A stretch of 64,000 bases of DNA from Octopus vulgaris (lineage: Eukaryota), in NCBI GenBank assembly GCA_951406725.2, contig OX597832.1:69874001-69938000 (forward strand). Reading direction: 5' to 3'. Numbering within the stretch: the first letter of the stretch is position 1; each line of letters begins with the position of its first letter. The position numbers were made by a program, and so were the translations under genes. The notes below the pieces were generated by a model that made no database searches, was not told the DNA's origin, and saw nothing but the letters and a program-made list of their open reading frames with translations. Below, in pieces: positions 56,545 through 64,000 of this stretch.

Positions 56545-59278
56545 ACATGCGTATGTACCTATGCGTGTACATACATATGCTCACATACAATCGCATACAC
56601 AGACACAGATATATGTTTACTTATGTTTGTGTAGAGGGGAAAATAAATCGATAAAAATTCTAAAAAAAACGAAATATAGAGTGAAAATCAGTTAAAGGTG
56701 AATTGAGAAGTTAGATAATAAAAATAATAATGATAAAATCTGAGCCAGGTAATCGTAATAATGATCAGCTATTGAAAAGAAAATTTAGAGTAACGTCTTT
56801 CCCATAGAAATAGTGTAATAAATCTAAAAATTGCTACTCTAGATGAATTAATAAACTGGAAAACTGGAAGGAATTTTTTTTTTAAATGAAATAATCTCTA
56901 GCATTAAAATAGAGGCAATAATATTGTAGTGGTTTCCGAAATCTAATAAAACTAAAAAGGCGAAGAAATCTGGCTAAGGAAGAGTTTATCGATAAGAATA
57001 TCTATGGAACTATTTTCAAATAAAACTTATTTGTTTGACTGTAAACATAGATAAGTAAGTTAGTATATAAGGAGAATTGTAGTGAAAGGGAAGGTGAGGT
57101 AGAGAAGTATATTGAAGCTGAGAAAAGGAGTGAGAGAGTGAGAGAGCGAAAGAGAAGAAGATATATGTAAGGGGGAAATGGAAATGAAACGATGTTTTGC
57201 TGTAACTAGGTGAAAGTGGAATCAATTGAATTTGAATAAATCGCAACAATGACCTTTTTTAGCAGAAACTAGAGTACCTGGAAAGGAGTGACCTGCCATC
57301 CTGTGATAGCCTCCAATCACACCTTACGGTCATATTGGTATCATGTCATCACATACTCATTTTAAGCATACAAAATGGTTTACAGAGATGCTTCTATATT
57401 GCAACATCTTCAAATTTAGTCGTCAGTTATAAAAAATATTCAGCTTGTCCTTTGAATGTTGTAGCAAAGTATGAACGCTTTTGGGATGGGGCATCAAATA
57501 GTGTATCTTTTCTAGTGTGTGTTGTTTACATTGCATATGGAGAGGGCATTTACTGCAAAGAGCTACTTGGAATCTGTTGAGAATTGTTAGCTGGAATATG
57601 TTACATCTAACCTCTTTATCACAAGAATAACGGTTCATATAACAGCACATCAACTCAAAAGGAGTATTTAAGTGTGGTATTTGAACATGAGTGTCGGCTT
57701 TAACTGAATATATTCCTGTGTTGGATAGAGAATGAAAGTGCAAGCAAAGGAAATGGTGATGTGAAGACCGTTTCAATACAGAATTAGGCAAGGATTGGCA
57801 TTGTTTCTGTGCATTTTACAAAGTAGGAAATTGATGCATCTAAATCATTAATTTGTAGTTATTGACGTAATTAAACGATGAAGCAACAAACATCTTGAAA
57901 CTTGTTTCAAGCCAAGATTTTGCACGCTTCAAAATTACAATACTGAAAATCACAGATATTAGCGTGATGACATCATATTTCCTCTATGTGCTCAATATAT
58001 TTGATGGAGAAAAGGGTTTCATCTGCAGAAACCTGTGCATTTAGTTGATCTACTATTCTAAAACCCAGAGTAAATACAAGGTTGTGTAATAGACCAATAT
58101 GCTTAATTTATAGGCAACAAACCGAAACGACGATCATGCCCAGTTCCAGCTATCCAACAAAATACGTCATTATGATAACAATTTGAGAGAATGCAAACTT
58201 GTTAATTGTTCTATAATTACTGGTAATTTCCAATAAGCTCCAAAATTAGTTCCACCGTCCTTTGCTTTCGAGTCAGTTGACACTTTTAGCCTTGAATCAC
58301 TAAAGCTAATTCCAGACATCACTCTAAGCCTCTGTTTAATGCGCAACTTGAGTTTATTGTACAGATGTTAATCTATAAAGAAAGCTGCGCATTTACTAGT
58401 ATTACCTAAATAAAATCGATGATTCATTACGAACAGTAGCATGTTTCGTGCCACTGATATAATCAAACTAGCCCTACATTCTGTGATCGGGTTTTACGTA
58501 TATGATATGTTAATCGAGATGTGTGCAAAATTGTGGTTAAAACATGTTTGTAACCATAATTATGAATGTAATGAAGAAATGTTTAAAATTTGCGTAATCA
58601 GAAATACAAATAACTAAGAATTGATTCCCTAAGAAAAATTTCTAAAATCTATCGAAGGTTACTTTATTTTATTAGTATGATGTCAAAAACACAAGGATAA
58701 AACAGAATAACATAAAATAATCACCAAAGTGAATGTGCAAATGGAAAAATAGTATCGCAATAACAGTGTGAGGATTTGAATAAAAGTAATTTAACGTTTA
58801 ACTAAAGAGATAAACCAATTTATATAGGAAGTGTGGAAGACGTTCTAGATCATAAAAATACGGAAAATATTAGGAGGGATCAAATGCGTAGGTCAGGGAC
58901 ATTGTGCTGAAAAATGAAAGGACAAACAAGAACAGGAAACAAGGTCGAGCTTAGGGTAAATGTAAACAGACAGACAGATAGATATATAGATATACATGTA
59001 TACATACACATTTGTATATATTTATATACATATATGTATAAATACATACTCACTCGTATTATCCTCTTAATTCACCATTCCTCTTTGAATAATACCTTTC
59101 TTTATATCTTATTTTCAATATCTGGAATTTCTTACGATTATCTGCAACAATATTTCATCACAAAATCTTTCACTAACCAACATCAGAATTTAGCGTTACT
59201 TTATTCTCCATTTCTAACTTAATGCTTCGGTTTTTCACATAAGTATCTTTATCGATTTTTTCAGATCGACACATTTTT

Positions 59279-59279
59279 A

Positions 59280-59374
<95 letters not shown>

Positions 59375-59546
59375 CTCTATCTGTTTGTCTGTTTTCTCTA
59401 TCTCTATATCTCTCCTTGTCTCTCCCTCAACGTATATGTGTGTGTGGTTATTAAGAGCAAGGGATAGATAGATTGATGCACAGACAGACAGATAAATAGA
59501 TAGATAGAGAGAGAGAGAGACAGACAGACAGATAGATAGACAGACG

Positions 59547-59578
<32 letters not shown>

Positions 59579-59579
59579 T

Positions 59580-59628
<49 letters not shown>
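59279..59628. repeat. (TCTG/TCTA)n and opposing (AGAC/AGAT)n tetranucleotide tracts
   Basis: Directly visible. The two tracts are complementary to each other. Confidence 0.9.
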
Positions 59629-59629
<1 letters not shown>

Positions 59630-60619
59630 GTTGATATTTATTTTCCGTTTCATCTAATCCTTTTAGTTTTAAACACTATGGAAATATATTTCAATGTATA
59701 TATTCGTTCTTAGTATCATACACCCTTTCTTTATTCAATCATAGAAATACCTATTGTAAACATCGTACACGTAAATACGTTTTATTACTTCTATAAAAAT
59801 CTCTCCAAACTTTAATTTGTTTTAAATTTCCATTTCGATACACGAAATTCCAGTAGTTTACTTTTTACCTTCAGACATAGTTCTCAACAGACGTCTTCCC
59901 ATTTTTTTCGGTACCTTTCAAGCTTTCCTATTGTTTTACGCATTTGAATTGTGAAAAACGAAGTCCGACATTCTTCAACGTTTTGTTACTACCTAAAACC
60001 CTTTGTTCTCTCTACCCTTTCGATTCCCTAGTTCTACATATTCATCTAATTTTCCCTCTTTCTATCTTTCTATCTTTCTTCTTAAACTTATTGCAAATAT
60101 CCTTTCTCTCCTGCTTCACCACCTTATAAACATGTATTTCAATTATTTCTACAATACTTAAAGTATAATAATTACACAATACATAATGCACAGAAATAGC
60201 ACTAACACCAGACTCTACCCTATGTATTTTTATAGCTCCTTAACTATCCACAATATATTTGCATTCTCAACCTAGTCACTTATTCGTTTGATGTGTCCAC
60301 TTGGACAAAACTGACTGGAGTTTATCAGCAATCAGTAACATTTGTAATTACCTACTCTGGACAACTTGGATATTTTAGTTCCCCTTTTCATAATGGTAAC
60401 GTCTTACAACAGTTACAAATTGAGGCGCTGAGCCTCTTACCAACCAAATCTCACAACATTTCAGCAAATATATTCAATCGTTCTTTAAACTTGAGACGCA
60501 AATCCTCTTACCAAAATCACCAAGTTCAAATCGAGGCACTAAGACATCTTACTCTGCCTCCCCGACTAAGTCTCCTGCCGCCTGCAGGCAAGCCTGCAGT
60601 CGCAACTCGAAGCCCCCAT

Positions 60620-61700
60620 AAGAAATAATTGTATTAATCCGTGGTAAAGGAGTCCATCACACTTTCAGTGCAGGACGGGACGGACTTTCAGTGCAAGACA
60701 GGACATACTCTTCCCGACTTTCCAAATTCCTCACAAAGTTCTCTACAGTCCCTCCCTTAAGAAAGAAGAAAGAAGATAAATTCCTCATTTATTCTACTGG
60801 GAGGGTCCACAGTTTCCTCCGTCTGTGGCACAATTCCCACCGACGAGGTTTCAGGACATACCGGTAGTGTACTTCTAACCACCGGCACTGTCCCATTCTT
60901 TTCTTCTTTTTCTCGTCTTTGATACGGGAGGGTGTAGTTCCTCCGCTTTAAGCGGAGGATCATCCCTAGCCTCCCGCAGCTTTGGGATCCATACTCTGGT
61001 CCTGGGGACATTTCTTTATAATGTAGCCTGGTTCTAGGCACAGGTAACACTTAGGGAGGGGCGTCCCTCAAGTATCTCTGGGTACCTGCAACCGGCCATT
61101 TTCAAAAAATCTGGAAAGATCAGATTCTTGGCTGATTGGGTCCACAGAGTCAAAACAGCTTTTGACCCAACCCAATCAGCCGCCGGCAAAATTTTAATAT
61201 TGAGCAGTTTGGATCCGCTGCCACCTAGACCCCGGCGGATAGTGTCTTCTATCCATTCGGGTTCTATCCCGGGTGGCAACCCGCAGATCCAAGGTCTTGT
61301 CAACTTCTTCCCACAATACGTGGGAAGAAACAAAATTTCTTTGCCCTCTTCGCAAATTTGTGCGCCTTCTCAGGGGTGTCAAATAGCAATAAGACCGTTT
61401 CATACTTGATCCCCACTGGAGATGAATTTTATAGTTGGCAAATACGCTGCCATATCTTTTTAAAGAGGGCGATGGTGTCGAGCGACTTTGAGTAAGTCTT
61501 TAACACCACTGTCCTCTCTTCAAAGTATTTTCATCCACTGTTTGGGTGGGACAATCTCCCACTTCAACGCAGTGTTGTTCATCTTCTTTTCCATGTTTTT
61601 TGAGGGGAAAAGTTCACAGAAAAACAAAAGTTGAAAGAGTTAAAAAAAAATGCAGGAAGGAAGGAAGAAAGAAACAGTTCAAAAACACAGCAATCTATTG
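60620..61700 (-). mobile_element. Decayed Tx1-like ORF1 region
   Basis: FLPTYCGKKLTRPWICGLPPGIEPEW..FPDFLKMAG..EGRPSL..TC parallels LLPLYLGCRTAKVSLEDIPTGYDVMW..LPDRV..EGRRPRC of ORF1 at 47 kb. Confidence 0.6.
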
Positions 61701-62123
61701 TTCTGGCTGTTCTGGTACTCCTAGCTATCTCGGTAATCCACTTGGTAATCCAGGGCACAAAACAGTCACACAACAATTTCACCAAATATTGGGTAAAAAA
61801 TAAGCACAATGTTCACAATTATAGGAAGAGGGACTTCCTATAACACACTTCTCACCGCTAAGTGAGACTTCTAAACACAAATACAGGCAGACAGCCTGCC
61901 CGGAACTCAGTGGAGATTTCTTGTTCGACAAAATAAATAAACACGAGCAAAAAGCCCCTACTGCATCCCCCCAAAACAAATGTCCTACCTTGCAGTTGTG
62001 CTTCACTTGTTCAATAATTGACGATGTTTGTGAACGATGCCGTGACTCCTAGCAGTGCAAAAGGAAACGCTGACCAACGCATGCGCGGGGAAGGGAGCTT
62101 CTTACCATACAGCCACGCCAGTG

Positions 62124-62172
<49 letters not shown>

Positions 62173-63371
62173 AATGTTCTGGACAAATATATAATGTGAG
62201 CATTGTGTCTTCTAAGATGCTTGAGAAATAAGTATCAAAAGTCAACAAGATACTTTTTTGCTGAAAATGTATGAATATTTTAAATATTCGATATTTCGGT
62301 CAGAGATTTATTGATGAAATTCATAAGAGAATACATTGACAAATTTACCAAATCAAAATCGATCTCGTAGAGCAGATAGATATATGATTATGGGCATCAT
62401 GGAAATCTATCGATCATACGAGGACATATACAACCGTCCAGGTGTCTTCTAAATGGTGAGTTAATGAGTTTTTTGATTGTGGAATATTGATTTATAATTA
62501 AGTCAATTAAGTTTATAATGAAAAACGAATATAAAAGATAATATCTTTTAAATGAAATGTATAAAACAGATATTTTGAATATATTTTAAACACCTTTTCT
62601 TATTATATCACAAGCATTGCACTGAACTCCCATTCCGTTTTTGAGTTATAAGAGAACTACTGGTAAGAAGGGCATAGAGTGTCTTGGTTACCTCATTCTG
62701 TCGGAATCCATCCCCCTCAAAACCTGACATTAGCTATCTCTTGTTGAGGGAAAGTAGGGAATCTGTCCAAGCACAAGAATGGTACCTTATATACTGACTT
62801 GCTAAGCATAAAATGTGAAGGATTTTTTAAGGAAGACGTAGAGAAGCAGATGAAATAACGTGAGGTATTTTAATCCGTTCGCCAATTCGCAAGCTCATGC
62901 CGTATTGTTGCCCCAGTCTTTCATCTCAAAGACCATTATCTTCTGTATATCTTATAATCCAGCAAGGGAATTTCTTTACGATCATTCAAACTTCTCGAAA
63001 TAGCAGTCAGTTCTTCCTGAACACATACACTATTAACTTCTTTGATAATGTCACACACACACAAACACACATGCACATATACGCGCACGCAAACGCACAC
63101 ACATACTCTGGGCAATGTAGTTCAGTACATGGAGATGATCATGCTTGGAATGAATTCGATCGTAGTTATGCTTGATAGCCAATACAATGAAGATGAATGT
63201 GGGCACTTTTATGAATATTCAATGACTGGACAATATTATAACACATTCATCACCTTTTTAAAGCTAAACATACTGAAAAAATAATTAAATTTAACTTTAC
63301 TTAGGCATGAATATGAATAACTAACGTAGTTCGTTGTGATTGCTATTTTTTCATCAATATTTGTTCGGTGC

Positions 63372-63572
63372 AGGGTGGTGAGCTAGCAAAATCGTTAGCA
63401 AGCCGGGCGAAGTACTTTTCTCTGTCTTTACGATCCGAGTTCAAATTCCCCCGGGATCGACTTTGCCTATCATCCTTTCAGGATCAATGAAATAAGTAAC
63501 AGTTGAGCACTGGAGCCGCTGTAATCAATTTCCTTCCCAGAGATCCTGGCCTTGTACCAAAATTTGGGACTA
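63372..63572 (+). mobile_element. tRNA-derived SINE (Nin-like family), full length
   Basis: Box A TAGCAAAATCG, box B GAGTTCAAATTC, GATCGACTTTGCCTATCATCCTTTC..AAATAAGTA. Confidence 0.8.
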
Positions 63573-64000
63573 ATATTTGTCCTGCACAAGGGATGAAGAT
63601 GCGTCCTGTGGTGACGCTCGAGTGGAGAGTTCAGATGCTTGGAGGTGTGTAAGGCTATTACGTTTTAATTTCTACAGTCTCTTGTGTTGTGGCCCTTAAT
63701 GTTTGTAACTATCGCAGATCCCACTAAACATGGATGAAATGGGAGATGACTCAGAAGAGGGTTGTCTCTTTGAGTGTGTCACACATACCCTGATGTCTCG
63801 TGAACTAATCCTCCTGCCTAAGGATCAAATAATACTTGTGCCTCAAGAGTAAACTTGTAAAATGTAGGAGACCACCATAGCAAACTCTAAAGAATGGACG
63901 GAAGGAAACGGCAACCAGTAGAATGGTACATAGTGAAAGAGAAAAAGAGAGAGACAAACTTTCATCGAATATGACCCGGCAAATTGGGTATTTGTCATCA

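Noticed and set aside
57250-58400. Possible decayed hAT transposase on the minus strand
   Set aside because: Only vague motif echoes, with no terminal inverted repeats or TSD found.

Overview
AT-rich, microsatellite-saturated animal genomic DNA. The SINE families and repeat density suggest an octopus or other cephalopod (inference). I recognise no host protein-coding gene, and most ORF-track entries are microsatellite translations. The window holds many mobile elements: a 5'-truncated, 5'-inverted Penelope-like element (PLE, 4.7-7.7 kb); a ~2.8 kb (AAT)n field with an R4/Dong-type LINE and a ~530 bp non-coding companion repeat; a full-length but disabled Helitron with two nested non-autonomous relatives; a full-length Tx1/L1-clade LINE with a 19 bp target-site duplication (TSD) plus two decayed relatives; an internally deleted Chapaev3 DNA transposon; RTE fragments; and many tRNA-derived SINEs. 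The most notable hidden layer is a set of type I hammerhead ribozymes (HHRs), folded by eye, in four clear and several degenerate unrelated short non-coding elements. These elements share one architecture: 5' inversion or perfect palindrome, 3' tail, TSD or (TA)n target. Two of them are terminally redundant monomers of ~358 and ~470 nt, resembling PLE-mobilised retrozymes or circular RNAs. The Tx1 LINE has inserted into the extended stem I of one of these ribozymes.
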